This document shows positions 29,810-46,930 of a stretch of 64,000 nucleotides of DNA, one piece after another (positions within the stretch are counted from its first letter, which is position 1; the number at the start of each line of letters is the position of its first letter). A model generated the notes under the pieces. That model searched no databases and had not been told where the DNA came from. It was given only the letters and a program-made list of their open reading frames with translations. Source of the DNA: the human T2T-CHM13v2.0 reference genome, Homo sapiens; the NCBI RefSeq assembly GCF_009914755.1, contig NC_060926.1. One strand, written 5' to 3'. Both the position numbers and the translations under genes were made by a program.

Positions 29810-31800
29810 TGTTATACAACTTGAGAAACAAAGCATTACCAATACCTTTGAAAGCCTTTGTGTGCCCCACCCTAATTACATCTGCTGTCTTTATCTAAGG
29901 AAGCCAAAGTCCTGATTTCAGTGATCGTCATTTCAATGCTTTTCTATATAGTTTTACCACATTTGTGTTCAATGCTAACAAAATGATGTTTAAATTTTGT
30001 GTTTTTCAGTTTTTATATAAATGACTTTTTTCATTGAGTACTATATTGTAGCAGTTCAGCCATTGTGATGGATGTAGCTGTACTTAATGCATTTCCTAAT
30101 ATTGATCATTTGTGTCTTCTCTGTTTTTCTTTATCAGCTTGCCTAAAGGGTTATCAATTTCATTGATCTTTTCAAACAATTAGCTTTCAGTTTCTTTCAT
30201 TTTCTCCATTGTTTTAACTTGGAACATCTTTTTTTCGTATGAACATATAAAGCTATATATCTTCTTCTAAATCCTGCCTATCTGTATAAGCATATTTTGA
30301 TACCCTGAGTTTTTATTATGCTTAAGCATTTTCTACTTTTCCTTGTGATTTCCTATTTTATCCCTTGATTATGTAGAAATATATTTTTAATTTCCACATA
30401 TTTTGATTTTTTCAGATATCTTTCTGTTATTTATAGCTTGATTCTTTTGTGACCATAAAACACAAATTTGACAATTCCAGTCTTTTACATTTGTTAAGAT
30501 TTGTTTTATACCGGAGAAAATGTTCTGTTTTGGTCAGGGTTCCATGTGCACCTAAAGAGAACATGTATTCTGCTATTACTGGGGGGAGTGCTGTATAAAT
30601 GTCAGCTAGGTTAAGTACGTTTTAGAGTCTTTCAGGTCTCCTCTGTCCTTACTGATGTTTTATTCCTGTCTTTATTGATTATTAGAGAGAACTATTGAAG
30701 TGTTCAATTATAGTTGTGATTTTCTGTATTTTTTTCATTCTGTCATTTTTTTTTTTTTTTTTGCTTTATGTGTTTCAAAGCTCTACTCTTAGGTACAAAC
30801 ACATTAAGTGTTGTTTTATCCTCTTAGTGCATCATATCCTTTAATGTAATGTAATATCTCCCTTAAACCTGTTAGTATTTCTTGGTATGAGCTTTACTTT
30901 GTCTTTCAGATGTGATTCCTGCTTTCTTTTGATTAACATTTACTGGTATATTTTTTTAATCATATTTTTAAACATTCCATGTTTTTATAAAGTTGATTTC
31001 TGGTAGATAAAATATAGTGTGTTTTTTCAATTCAGTCTTACAATCTCTGTTTTTTAAATTGAGTTGCTTAAACCATCTATATTTAATGTTTCTTTTTAAT
31101 ATGGTAGGATTTAAAATTTGCCATTTGTGAATTATTTTTCATTTATGCCATCTCTTCTTTCTTTTTTCCTCTTTTTCTACTTTCTTTTGGATTAATCCAG
31201 TATTCATTATAAATCTAATTTATCTCCATTATTGGCTTATTAATTGTATCTCTGTGTTTACTTTTCTCATAGTTGTGCTAGAATTCTCAATATATATTTG
31301 TCACACCGCATTTGTTTTTTCATAATCCTACTTCACAAAGTATTTTTATTAGAAAGAGATGCTTGGATTATATCAAATATCTTTTAGGTATAAATTAAGA
31401 TGATTACATTCTGTGCTTTTTGTAGAGAAAATAAATTAATTGCATAGATGTCATAAAGCTGAGCTCTATGATACTATATGCATCCTTTTGTAAGTTGCTT
31501 CTTACGTTCAACATTTTGTTTTTGAGATTTAATCACATTGACACACAAAGATTTATTCGTTTTAGTCACTTTATAGTATTCATCATACGAATAAACCATA
31601 GTTTATGTATTTATTTCTCTACTTCTGGTAGTTCTCACTTCTTTTGGCTATTATAGTCAGTGCTGCAATAAATATTTTCTGTATTTCTCTCCTAATACAT
31701 TGTTGATTAGAAGTGCAAATAGTGGGCAGCTTCATTCTATAAATGCCAACTATATCATGTTGGTTAATTGTGTTGTTCAAGTCTTCTATATCCTATTGAT
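29810..31800 (-). mobile_element. Old L1M fragments (ORF2 endonuclease region ~30100-31330 inside L1ME-type 3' pieces)
   Basis: 'ttatcaattttcattgatcttttcaaacaa', 'gttccatgtgcacctaaagagaacatgtattctgct', 'gttcaagtcttctatatcc'. Confidence 0.65.
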
Positions 31801-31809
31801 AACCTTTCT

Positions 31810-33385
31810 ACAATCCTAAACATTTATGCACCTTAATAAGATAACTTCATAATGAATGAAGCAAATAACCTCAGTAACCTCTAAAGGAGAAAGAAAAAAT
31901 CCACAATTATAATAGGAGATTTCAGGATCTCAATATTAATAATTGATAGAACATGTAGATAGAAAACTAGTAAGGATATAGAAGACTCAAAGAATACAAT
32001 CAGCCAACTTAAGCTAGTTGACATTTACAGAAAACTCCATCCAACAGCTGCAGGATATATATTCTTCTCAAGTGCACATGGGACATTAACCAAAACAGAC
32101 TATATTTTGGGCCATAGATCAAGCCTCCTCATATTTACTAGAATTCAAATCATACTGTTTGTTTTCTTACTATAATGAAATTAAAACTAGCAGTCAATAA
32201 TGTAACTAATACTTAAAAATGAAACAATACACTGCTAAGCTATCCATGGATCAAAAATAAAGTTACATGGAAAATACAAAAATATTTTTACTTAAATAAA
32301 AACAAAAGTGCAACAAATCAAAATTTATGAGATACAGCTAATGTAGTTCTTAAAGAGAAGTCTATACCATTAAATATTTATATCAGAAAGAGTATTGGTC
32401 TCAAACCAATGATTTAAGCTTCTACTGTAAAAAAACAAAAAGAGCAAACATAACCTAGGGCAAGTAGGAGCAAGGAAATAATACAGAAACAGAAATAAAT
32501 GAAGACGGAATCAGGAAAACAATGAATAAAATCAACAAAAAAGAAGCTGATCGTTGGAAAGAGCAATATAAATGACTGATCGAGGTCGACTTATCAAGAA
32601 AAAAAAGTAGAAGTTTTTTACTTATATCAGGAGTAAAATAAATAGGAATACCAGTATAGAGCTTTCAGATATTAAAAGGACAGTAAGGGAATATTATTAC
32701 AAATTTCATGCCAATAAGTTTTACAACTTTGATGAAATTGAAAATTTCCTTGAGAGATGCAAACTACAAAACCACCTTTGAGAAGAAATAGATCATATGA
32801 ATATATTATTTGTTAAATTAAATAAACTTATAATTGAAAACATTCTAATGGTGTGGAAACTCTATGCCCAGACAATTTTATTGGCAAATTATACTAAACA
32901 CTTGAGGCCGAAATATCAGTTCTAGGCTGGGCATGGTGGCTCATGCCTGTTATCCCAGCACTTTGGGAGGCTGAAGAGGGTGCATCACTTGTGTTCAGGA
33001 GTTTGAGACCAGCCTGGACAACGTGTTGAAAACCCGTCTCTACTAAAAATGCAAAAATTAGCCAGGCATGGTGGCATATGCCTATAGTCCAAGCTACTCT
33101 GGAATCTTAGGTGGGAGGGTTGCTTGAACCCACAGGCAGAGGTTGCAGTGAGCCAAGATCACACCACTGCACTCCAGCCTGGGCAAAGAACATGACCCTA
33201 TCTTAAAGAAAAAAAAAAAAAAGAAAAAGAAAGAAAGACCAGTTCTACACAAACTCCTCCACAGAAAAAAAGAAGAGGAGAGAACACTTCCCAAGTTATT
33301 TTTTAGAGGCCAGCATTACCTTGATAGTAAAACCAGAAAAAGGACTTATAAGATAATGAAACTATAGACCAATATTCCTCATGTA
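31810..33385 (+). mobile_element. Old L1M ORF2 fragment (sense), interrupted by an Alu
   Basis: 'ccacaattataataggagatttc', 'attcttctcaagtgcacatgggacattaaccaaaacagac', 'gaggccagcattaccttgatagtaaaaccaga', 'aaactatagaccaatat'. Confidence 0.75.
32925..33232 (+). mobile_element. AluJ (Jb-like), full length
   Basis: Dimeric Alu with A-tail; degenerate TSD gaaatatcagttcta/gaaagaccagttcta. Confidence 0.9.
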
Positions 33386-35406
33386 TATGCTCTGAAATTA
33401 TCAAAATGTGTACTGTCATGTTAGCAAGTATCTGCTGTCATTCTAACAAACTATGTACTGTCATCCTAGCAAGGACTTGGGGATGCAAATTTAAACAAGA
33501 GAATTTTTAGCATCCAACATGTTAAATTTGTTTTGCTCTATTTAAAGCCTGTCTCAGATTTTGACATTTGGACTTTCAATTAAAGTCTGACCTTTTGTTG
33601 AGTTTGAGTTGATTAACCTTTTGCAGTAGATAACTTTCCTTTAAATAGTGCCAAGAGATCCTCTGAGGAAAGAATTCAATGAATACTTATTTATAGTCAT
33701 AATATTATAACTCATCAATTTTTATACTTTAAATCAGATTGAAGTATTAACTATCAAGGAAAATTAAACTTGCTTTAAATATTTTTTTTCTTTAACAAAA
33801 AGAGTAAGGGTTAAACCTTGTGTTGCATATAGAGAAGTTGGAATTCTGAGATATTTGTCTGAGAAAATGTAAGGTGTCAACTCCTTTTGTTGGGGCTTCA
33901 GTGTAATTAAATGTCTAAACACTCTTAGTTTATAGTAAGAGTTATGCTGGATCATGCAAACATATTCTGGTTTTAGACCTGACACTAAAGTCTGAAGTGT
34001 CAATGACTTTTCAGTTTTGACCATAGTTAGAATGATCTTAGTTATCCCTCTAACCAATAAAATGCCTGTGACCAACTCCTTCAGTTGTCCAGGACTTAGG
34101 GAGCTCTCAGGATGTGATACTTTCAATGCTTAATCTGGGAAAGACCTGGGTAAACTATGATAACTTGGTCACCCATGTCATTCTAAGTTTTTCTTTTTTT
34201 TAATCTTTTTTTCATGTTCCTTGTAATGATTAACACATTCTCTTCTGTGTGATTGATTAAAAAAGACAATTCTTATTTGAATCATTGAGCATATAGCTCT
34301 ACCCTCAAGATTGTTCAAATGCAGTAGAGATTATTTTCATATTGCTGGTGGTATGCCTTTTAATTGCTAAAAAATCTCCAGGGACCATTTGCACATGTTT
34401 GTAGACACCACTATAATCATGTAGTTGCCCTGGTCTAAATATACCATGTTTCATAGTTTCTGGGTAGGAGATACATGAAGATATTCATTATTGAAATATT
34501 ACTAACCCTTATTTTTCATTTCTGGCATAAAATGATACCAACAGAATTTCTAGCAATCAAAAAATAAATATAGGGGTCTTTATTCATTTAATATATCAAT
34601 AATAACTTCATTTCACCCTGTGCTGGAACACTGGATGATATATAGGGACTAAATTATCTATAAAAAATGGCTCTGGCCCAGAATCTTACTAAAGATAGAA
34701 GGTGTTTCTTTTGCTTTGCCTTCTATAGAATATGTCTTTTTGGTATTCTTCTTAGGGTTTTTGTTTCTTCTAGTCCTTTAGTCCAGTTATAGGTGGAGCA
34801 ATAGGAACGTGTCTGAAGGGGGAGAGATGGAATGAGAAAGCATGAGTAAACACCGAAGACTTGAGACTAAAAGGAAAATAGTGATTCAATCCAAAGGTTG
34901 AACTGAGACTTAAGGAAGATAGCTGTTGACTGCTGCCCTGCTTCCATTTCTAGGCAAGCCCAAACTTCCTGAGTGTTATGGGATGAATAAGGCAAACAGT
35001 CTTAACAGCTCAAGAGCTGGCCTACTCCTACAGGCACCATGAGAGTGAGCTTCTATAATATCTTTCTTTAGCTCATGGCTCCTTTCCTATATATAGGAAT
35101 ATAACAAGTTTTATTTTAAGTAAGAAAACATGGATATAAAACATAATTGCTTATTATCTCCATTAACCTGACCAGACTCAACAGGAGAATCAAGAGACCA
35201 TTAATACCTCAAATCTTCTCAAGGGCCAAGTTAACCCTTTTATGTGTAATTTAAAATGTTCTGTTTTATAGTCTTGCTTTTTTGCTATACCACCCCTTCC
35301 AATCATACCTGAACTTTCTAAGTTGGATTTAACTAAATCAAATGTAACTCCACCCCCTAATCATTTATGTTATATGCATATGGTTTTTCTCATTATAATG
35401 CCATTT

Positions 35407-35626
35407 AAAAATTTATTTCATTTTCAACTGACACATAATAATTGTACACATTTATGGGGTACAGTATGATGTTTTGATACATATATGCATTGTGTAATGA
35501 TGAAATCAGAGTATTTAGCTTATCCATCACCTCAAACATTATCATTTCTTTGTGGTGTGAACATTTAAACTCTTCTCTTCTAGTTATTCTAAAATAGATC
35601 ATACAATATAATTAACTATAGTTACC
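35407..35626 (-). mobile_element. Short 3'-end L1MA insertion
   Basis: 'taattgtacacatttatggggtacagtatgatgttttgatacatatatgcattgtgtaatgatgaaatcag'; perfect 14-bp TSD ttataatgccattt (35393-35406, 35627-35640). Confidence 0.85.
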
Positions 35627-36563
35627 TTATAATGCCATTTTTTTTTCATAAGGCAAAAAGTTCTGTTGCTAGGATAAATTGAAGTAGAATATGCACATTT
35701 CTCCTTTGACAGATTTTTCTTTGACAGGTTCCTATGTTGATATTGCCTTCCTTTCCTTCTGTGGTCTAATGAGGGCAAACCAGACCCTCTTTATTGGTAG
35801 TATCCACTGCTTCTAAGGTACTTTAGAGACAATAGTAAAATTATAAAGCATGATCTCTACCTTCAATAAACTTAAACATCTCTGTGCATGGCTTCAAGAA
35901 TAACATTCACAGAAGAGTAAGATCCAATTAAATAGCAAACAGTATAATCTTATTTTTAAGTCTCATTTAACATTAATAGAAGCTCAGTGAATATTTTCAA
36001 ATAAATATGGGTTTGGGATGGATGGATAGATTTAGGTGATGTGGAGGTAAGGAAAAGAAATGTTCAGCATGCAAATAATTCTGGAAGCAAAAGCAAATAC
36101 GATCTGTGTTGTTGGAAGGGGGACTTACTGAATTATTTCCATGAACAACAGCAGATGGGAAGAAGTGGGGATATAAGAATGTTCATTGGCAATGGTGGGG
36201 CAGGGTGGTGAGATAAGCACTACTTATGAAACGCCCGGAACATCAAGAGCAGAATTTTGTATTCCATGTAATAGATAACAAGGAGTAGCTATAGAATTTT
36301 TGAGTAAGGCAGCATCAAATGTAAAATAATACTTTGTTGTTAATTGGTGAGTATTTTGCAAATAATTTTTTTACAATTTAATATGTTTGGTTTGTTTTAT
36401 TACAAAAGTAAAATATTTTAGTTATGAAATTCAGGCAGTAGAAACATGTAAGTCTTCTTTTCTGCTTTTCTACTCACATACCTGAGTGAGATGCAATAAT
36501 TTGTATATTTTCCCCAATTTTTCTATGCTTCTATATAAACATATAGGTTCATAACATATATGC

Positions 36564-36940
36564 TGTATTATTCCATTCTCCTGCTGCTATAAGGACATAC
36601 TGGAGCCTGCCTAATTTACAAAGTAAAGACGTTTAATTGGCTCACAGTTCCACAGGTCTGGGGAGATCTCAAAAAACTTACAATCATGGCAGAAGGGAAA
36701 GCAAACATGTCCTTCTTCATATGGCGGCAGGAAGAAAAAGAATGAGTGCCCAGCTAAGGGGAAAGCCCCTTATACAACCATCAGATCTTGTGAGAACTAA
36801 TTCAGTATCATGAGAGCAGGATGGGGGAAACCACTGCCATGATTCGATTATCTCCATCTGGTCCCTCCCATGACACATGGGGATTATGGGAACTACAACT
36901 CAAGATGAGATTTAGGTGGGAACACAGCCAAACCATATCA
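36564..36940. mobile_element. Solo THE1C/D (MaLR) LTR
   Basis: 'tgtattattccattctcctgctgctataaggacatac..aagcaaacatgtccttcttc..ggattatgggaactacaactcaagatgagattt..aaaccatatca'; TSD tatgc/tctgc. Confidence 0.85.
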
Positions 36941-38204
36941 TCTGCATACAGAGTTTAAGCAAGATTGGGATCATAATATTTTTGAGAGAATTTAAGGTAA
37001 TATTTCAATTTCATCTTTCGCTAGAAACTCTGTTACTAGGATCAGCAGTGAAAGAGAAGTTACATTGTAGTACCTTTGGAAAGAATGGTTCTTGTGAATA
37101 GCATCTCTTTAAGATGTTTGAATAGGTAATAAAGACATGTGACAGGGAAACATTTCACTGGCTGCACTATTAAGCAGTCATATTTATTATGGAGGAAAGG
37201 AAAAGTTATCAGGACTGTATGGTAGAAATGAAATGAATTAATTAAGTAAATTAAGGCAAAATATTTAAATTAATCAGACCTCATGGAAAAAGAACAAATT
37301 AAAGAGACTGTTAACATTTTCATCACCTGAAGAGTATAAAGAAGTAACGATACTAGTGTGGCGTGGCCAAATGAGATAGAAGAAAAAATCATCAAAATCA
37401 AATTGTGCAACAAAGAATGAGATCACTAGGGGAAGAATTTGCATTAAGTGAAAAGGAGTTAAACTGGGCTTATCTGCTTAGAAATGCTGTGGCTACAGTA
37501 GCTCTTTTATGTTTTCTGTTTACCTTTGTGGTTGGTGTAAAAACTCTCAGAATCTAAAATTTCATCCTAGTTGCAAGCTAATAAGTTAGCCTGTTACTGT
37601 TTCATAGATGTTAGCAAAAGATACATGATTCCTGGGTCAGAGACAAACAACTTTATTTCTCATGGTACACCAGTCAGCATGAGCATAAGCGTGTTTGTCA
37701 TGTTTCTCCTTGTCCCCAGGTTATTCAGAGGCAACATGGAGAGTCCAAGATGGATGCTATGCATACGGTGGATTTTTATTTCAGCCAGGAATGGCCACAT
37801 AATTAGTGAGAGTCAGTGCAAAATAAAATGCGGTGCTCATTATTCAAAAACCAGTGTGATTAAAGGCATTAGAATATAACACTTTCCAGAACAGTGGAAA
37901 CAGTGCACAAAGCCAATGCAACAGTTTAATGTTTTTTTTTTTGGTTTAACATTTTTATTTTATTTATTTATTTATTTATTTTTAGTTTATTTTATTATTA
38001 TTATACTTTAAGTTTTAGGGTACATGTGCACAATGTGCAGGTTAGTTACATATGTATACATGTGCCGTGCTGGTGTGCTGCACCCATTAACTCGTCATTT
38101 AGCATTAGGTATATCTCCTAATGCGATCCCTGCCCCCTCTCCCCACCCCACAACAGTCCCTGGTGGGTGATGTTCCCCTTCCTGTGTCCATGTGTTCTCA
38201 TTGT

Positions 38205-42032
<3,828 letters not shown>

Positions 42033-42095
42033 TATGATGTTAGCTGGTTATTTTGCTCGTTAGTTGATGCAGTTTCTTCCTGGTCTCAATGGTCT

Positions 42096-43113
42096 TTACA
42101 TTTTGGCATGATTTTGCAGTGGCTGGTACCAGTTGTTCCTTTCCATGTTTAGTGCTTCCTTCAGGAGCTGTTTTAGGGCCGGCCTGGTGGTGACAAAATC
42201 TCTCAGCATTTGTTTGTCTGTAAAGTATTTTATTTCTCCTTCATTTATGAAGCTTAGTTTGGCTGGATATGAAATTCTGGGTTGAAAATTCTTTTCTTTA
42301 AGAATGTTGAATATTGGCCCCCACTCTCTTCTGGCTTGTAGAGTTTCTGCCGAGAGATCCGCTGATAGTCTGATGGGCTTCCCTTTGTGGGTAACCCGAC
42401 CTTTCTCTCTGGCTGCCCTTAACACTTTTTCCTTCATTTCAACTTTGGTGAATCTGACAATTATGTGTCTTGGAGTTGCTCTTCTCGAGGAGTATCTTTG
42501 TGGCGTTCTCTGTATTTCCTGAATCTGAATGTTGGCCTGCCTTGCTAGATTGGGGAAGTTCTCCTGGATAATATCCTGCAGAGTGTTTTCCAACTTGGTT
42601 CCATTCTCCCCATCACTTTCAGGTACACCAATCAGACGTAGATTTGGTCTTTTCACATAGTCCCATATTTCTTGGAGGCTTTGTTCGTTTCTTTTTATTC
42701 TTTTTTCTCTTAACTTCTCTTCTCACTTCATTTCATTCATTTCGTCTTCCATCCCTGATACCCTTTCTTCCAGTTGATTGCATTGGCTCCTGAGGCTTCT
42801 GCATTCTTCACGTAGTTCTCAAGCCTTGGCTTTCAGCTCCATCAGCTCCTTTAAGCACTTCTCTGTATTGGTTATTCTAGTTATACATTCGTCTAAATTT
42901 TTTTCAAAGTTTTTATCTTCTTTGCCTTTGGTTTGAATTTCCTCCTTTAGCTCAGAGTAGTTTGATCGTCTGAAGCCTTCTTCTCTCAACTCGTCAAAGT
43001 CATTCTCCATCCAGCTTTGTTCCGTTGCTGGTGAGGAACTGCGTTCCTTTGGAGGAGGAGAGGCGCTCTGCTTTTTAGAGTTTCCAGTTTTTCTGCTCTG
43101 TTTTTTTCCCCAT
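42096..43113 (-). pseudogene. L1 ORF1, disrupted
   Basis: ATG at 43113 followed by GGG and 7 A (consensus 6), giving a +1 frameshift; TGA at 42819-42821; C-terminal 186-aa fragment 'KRPNLRLIGVPESDGENGTKLENTLQDII..'. Confidence 0.9.
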
Positions 43114-44152
43114 CTTTGTGGTTTTATCTACTTTTGGTCTTTGTTGATGGTGATGTACAGATGGGTTTTTGGTGTGGATGATCTTTCTGTTTGTTAGTTT
43201 TCCTTCTAACAGACAGGACCCTCAGCTGCAGGTCTGTTGGAGTTTGCTAGAGGTCCACTCCAGACACTGTTTGCCTGGGTATCAGCAGTGGTGGCTGCAG
43301 AACAGTGGATTTTCGTGAACCGCGAATGCTGCCGTCTGATCGTTCCTCTGGAAGTTTTGTCTCAGAGGAGTACCCGGCCGTTTGAGGTGTCAGTCTGCCC
43401 CTACTGGGGGGTGCCTCCCAGTTAGGCTGCTCGGGGGTCAGGGGTCAGGGTCCCACTTGAGGAGGCAGTCTGTCCGTTCTCAGATCTCCAGCTACATGCT
43501 GGGAGAACCACTGCTCTCTTCAAAGCTGTCAGACAGAGACATTTAAGTCTGCAGAGGTTACTGCTGTCTTTTTGTTTGTCTGTGCCCTGCCCCCAGAGGT
43601 GGAGCCCACAGAGGCAGGCAGGCCTCCTTGAGCTGTGGTGGGCTCCACCCAGTTGGAGCTTCCCGGCTGCTTTGTTTACCTAAGCGAGCCTGGGCAATTG
43701 CGGGCGCCCCTCCCCCAGCCTCACTGCCACCTTGCAGTTTGATCTCAGACTGCTGTGCTAGCAATCAGTGAGACTCCGTGGGCATAGGACCCTCCGAGCC
43801 AGGTGTGGGATATAATCTCCTGGTGTGCCGTTTTTTGAGCCCATCAGAAAAGCGCAGTATTATGGTGGGAGTGACCGGATTTTCCAGGTGCCGTCTGTCG
43901 CCCTTTTCTTTGACTAGGAAAGGGAACTCCCTGACCCCGTGCACTTCCCGAGTGAGGCAATGCCTCGCCCTGCTTCGGCTCATGCACGGTGCGCTGCACC
44001 CACTGTCCTGCACCCACTGTCTGGCGCTCCCTAGTGAGATGAACCCGGTACCTCAGATGGAAATGCAGAAATCACCCGTCTTCTGCGTCGCTCACGCTGG
44101 GAGCTGTAGACTGGAGCTGTTCCTATTCGGCCATCTTGGCTGCCCTCCACCC
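43114..44152 (-). promoter_or_regulatory. L1 5'UTR (internal sense promoter and antisense promoter) including the 129-bp segment at ~43242-43370
   Basis: Partly CpG-retaining 5'UTR; the segment 'tactcctctgagacaaaacttccagagg..gacctctagcaaactcc' is absent from L1HS/L1PA2. Confidence 0.85.
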
Positions 44153-44253
44153 AACAATTTTATTTTATGTCTTGATATCCATGTATTCTATTAAGTTCTC
44201 TAGTGTTGTCTTATTGATGAGTAATGAAGGACTAAAATGAAAAGAAACTGTGA

Positions 44254-44561
44254 GGCCAGGTGTGGTGGCTCATGCCTGTAATCCCAGCACTTTGGGAGGC
44301 TGAGGCGGGTAGATCACCTGAGGTCAGGAGTTCAAAGACCAGCCTGTCCAACATGGTGAAACCTCCTCTCTACTAAAAATACAAAAGTTAGCCGGGCATG
44401 GTGGCAGGTGCCTGTAATCCCAGCTACTCGGGAGGCTGAGACAGGAGAATCGCTTGGACCTGGGAGGCGGAGGTTTCAGTGAGCCAAGATCGCACCACTG
44501 CACTCTAGCCTTGACAACAAAGAGTGAAACTCCATTTCAAAAATAAAAAAGAAGAGAAAAA
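44254..44561 (+). mobile_element. AluS (Sq/Sx-like), full length
   Basis: Dimeric Alu; 'tcacctgaggtcaggagttc', 'caacaaagagtgaaactcc'; TSD gaaaagaaactgtg (44239-44252, 44562-44575). Confidence 0.92.
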
Positions 44562-45719
44562 GAAAAGAAACTGTGGTTTGCTATATCTTCCCCTCTCCTT
44601 CTATGCCATCGTTTTGAATGTTAAATGGCAGGAAGGAAGGAAGGAAATACAAAGGAAGTAACATGAGTACGAAAGGATATGATTAGGTTCCTTGGTTGCT
44701 TCTGTTTTTTAGAATGCCATTTCCTTTTTGTATATTCTAAGCAAGTTCTGGTCCAATGGAAAGGGTGGGATCATCGGCTTCAGAGCCCTTGCTTATTCAG
44801 TCATAGATGTGACACACTTACCTTGTACTTGCTTTGAATCTCACTGAAATCCCAGAATTCTATGTTGGTTAGGTATTGCAAATATACCTAACATTTGAAT
44901 GGGGCCCCAAGGAATGGTGGACGTGCATGTTGTACACCTCTTCTCTGCTCATTTGTGTGGTCCATTGTCTCTTTGTACTTCACTTACAAAATACAAGTTC
45001 AGAGATAAAATCATTAAGAATGTTAAGATGACACAAGAAGAGTATTAAGCCAAGTGCAGGGCTCTCTTCAATGTGAGTCCCTGTGAGACCACACAGATTG
45101 CATGCCCTTGAGGCTGGCCTTGATTAGGGCTGAGGAACACTAATCTTGGAGAATTCACCACTTGTATAACAAACAATAAGCAAGCTCTTTATTTTAAAAG
45201 GAGACATTACCTCATTCTTAAAGATTGTTTGCTGCAAATGTAACCCTGAAAAATGGCCTGGGTAGAGAGCTGTCAGTATGTTGCATGGTTGGCATAACCA
45301 GTAAGAATTTGCAGAGATCCCAAGTCCCATTTCAGATTGCCTTTCTCAACAAAATCATGAGGGCAAATATTTTTCTGTGTGTCAAAAGCGTTGAATTGAA
45401 ATTTTTCTGCTTGGAAATTCTGTGGTTACTGTAGACCTTTTGTGTCTCCAGCTCATCTTGTGTGTGGTTGGTATAAACAATAACTAAATTTTATGCATAC
45501 ATATTGACTTGTCTGTCCCATTTGTCTGCTGTTTGGATGGAAACTTTAGGAGGTCTGGAGGATAAGGTATCTTGCCTTGGTGAAAGGAAAGATTCCGGCA
45601 CATATGTGTGTCCCCTTACGGACAATGTGAATGAATATTGGCAACTAGTACTCATCTTATTTCACAGCTTTATTTATACACTGAATTCTGGGTTCTGAAG
45701 GGGCAGATATGTATTGATG

Positions 45720-46145
45720 AGTTGTTTATTGAATACATTTTTATTCAGTTTTAAAAAATTTTGCCAGGCACTGTGCTAAGGTCTGGGGATATAATGGTCA
45801 TCTAGATAGGCATGCATTCTAGTGGGTGAGGCAGTTAAGTAATAGAGAAATAAATAAACAAAAGCATGTTGTCAATTCTGTGAAGGAAATTTCAAAGGTG
45901 CTATGCTAGAAAATAATTGGATAGGAGGAACTCACTTTGGAGAGACGGCCAGGGTAGTTCTCTCTGAAGAGATAGTGTATCTAACATAAAAAGCCAAGGG
46001 AAGGGCATTCCAGACAAGGGGAACTGCAGGTACAATGATTGTGATTAAGAAGGAACTTATTCTGTTCTAAGAATTGTTAAATAGTCAATGTAGCTAAAAC
46101 ATGGTAAATGAAGAAGAGAGAAGAGGAAAGATTGAAGAAAGAGAG
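45720..46145. mobile_element. L2 fragment
   Basis: 'gccaggcactgtgctaaggtctggggatataatgg', 'gggaagggcattccagacaagggg'. Confidence 0.6.
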
Positions 46146-46169
46146 AGTCTCCACAAAAACCTCCCTAAG

Positions 46170-46930
46170 AAAGGAGAATGCTCATACACTGTTGGCAGGA
46201 GTGTAAATTAGTACAGCCACCATGGAAAACATTATGGACAATCCTCAAAAAACTGAAAATAGAACTACCACGTGATCCAGAAATTCCACTGCGGGTATAT
46301 ATCCAAAAGAAAGGAAATCAATATATCAAGCAGATATCTGCCGTCTCATGTTTATTGCAGCCCTTTTGCCAAGATACAAAATCAACCCAAGTGTCTGTCA
46401 AGAGATGAATGAGTAAAGAAAACGTGGTATACATAAACAGTGAAATATTATGCAACCACAAAAAAGAACAAAATCCTGTCATTTGCAGCAACATGGATTG
46501 AACTGAAAATCATTATGTTAAATGAAATAAGCCAGGCACAGAAAGGCAAATATTACGTATTCTTATATTTGGAAGCTAGAAAAAAGTGGATTTCATGGAG
46601 ACAGAGTAGGTTGGTATTTACCAGAGTCTGAGAAGTGTAAGAGGAAAGAGGGGTAAAGAGAGGGTGATTAAGTAGCATACAAATGCAGTTAGAAGTCATA
46701 AGACCTAGTGTTTGATAGTATAGTAGAGTGACTGTAGTTAACAATAATGTATTGCATATTTCAAAATAGCTAGAAGAGAAGAATTAAAATGCCCCCAACA
46801 TAAAGGAAAGATAAATGCTTGAGGCAATGGAAAGACCAGTAATCCTGATTTGATAATTAAACATTATATATGTATCAAAAATATCACATGTACCACAAAA
46901 TATGTATAACTATTAATCATTAACTAAAAA
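46170..46930 (+). mobile_element. L1MA 3' end fragment
   Basis: 'catacactgttggcaggagtgtaaattagtacagccac', 'atcctgtcatttgcagcaacatggattgaactg', 'aagacctagtgtttgatag', 'atatcacatgtaccacaaaatatgtataacta'. Confidence 0.8.

Noticed and set aside
35728-35817. Possible exon after the 'ttttctttgacag' acceptor
   Set aside because: No convincing donor and no recognisable coding content.
43778-44194. 138-aa plus-strand ORF
   Set aside because: Remainder of L1 ORF0 and antisense 5'UTR; the true ORF0 ATG is mutated and followed by a stop.
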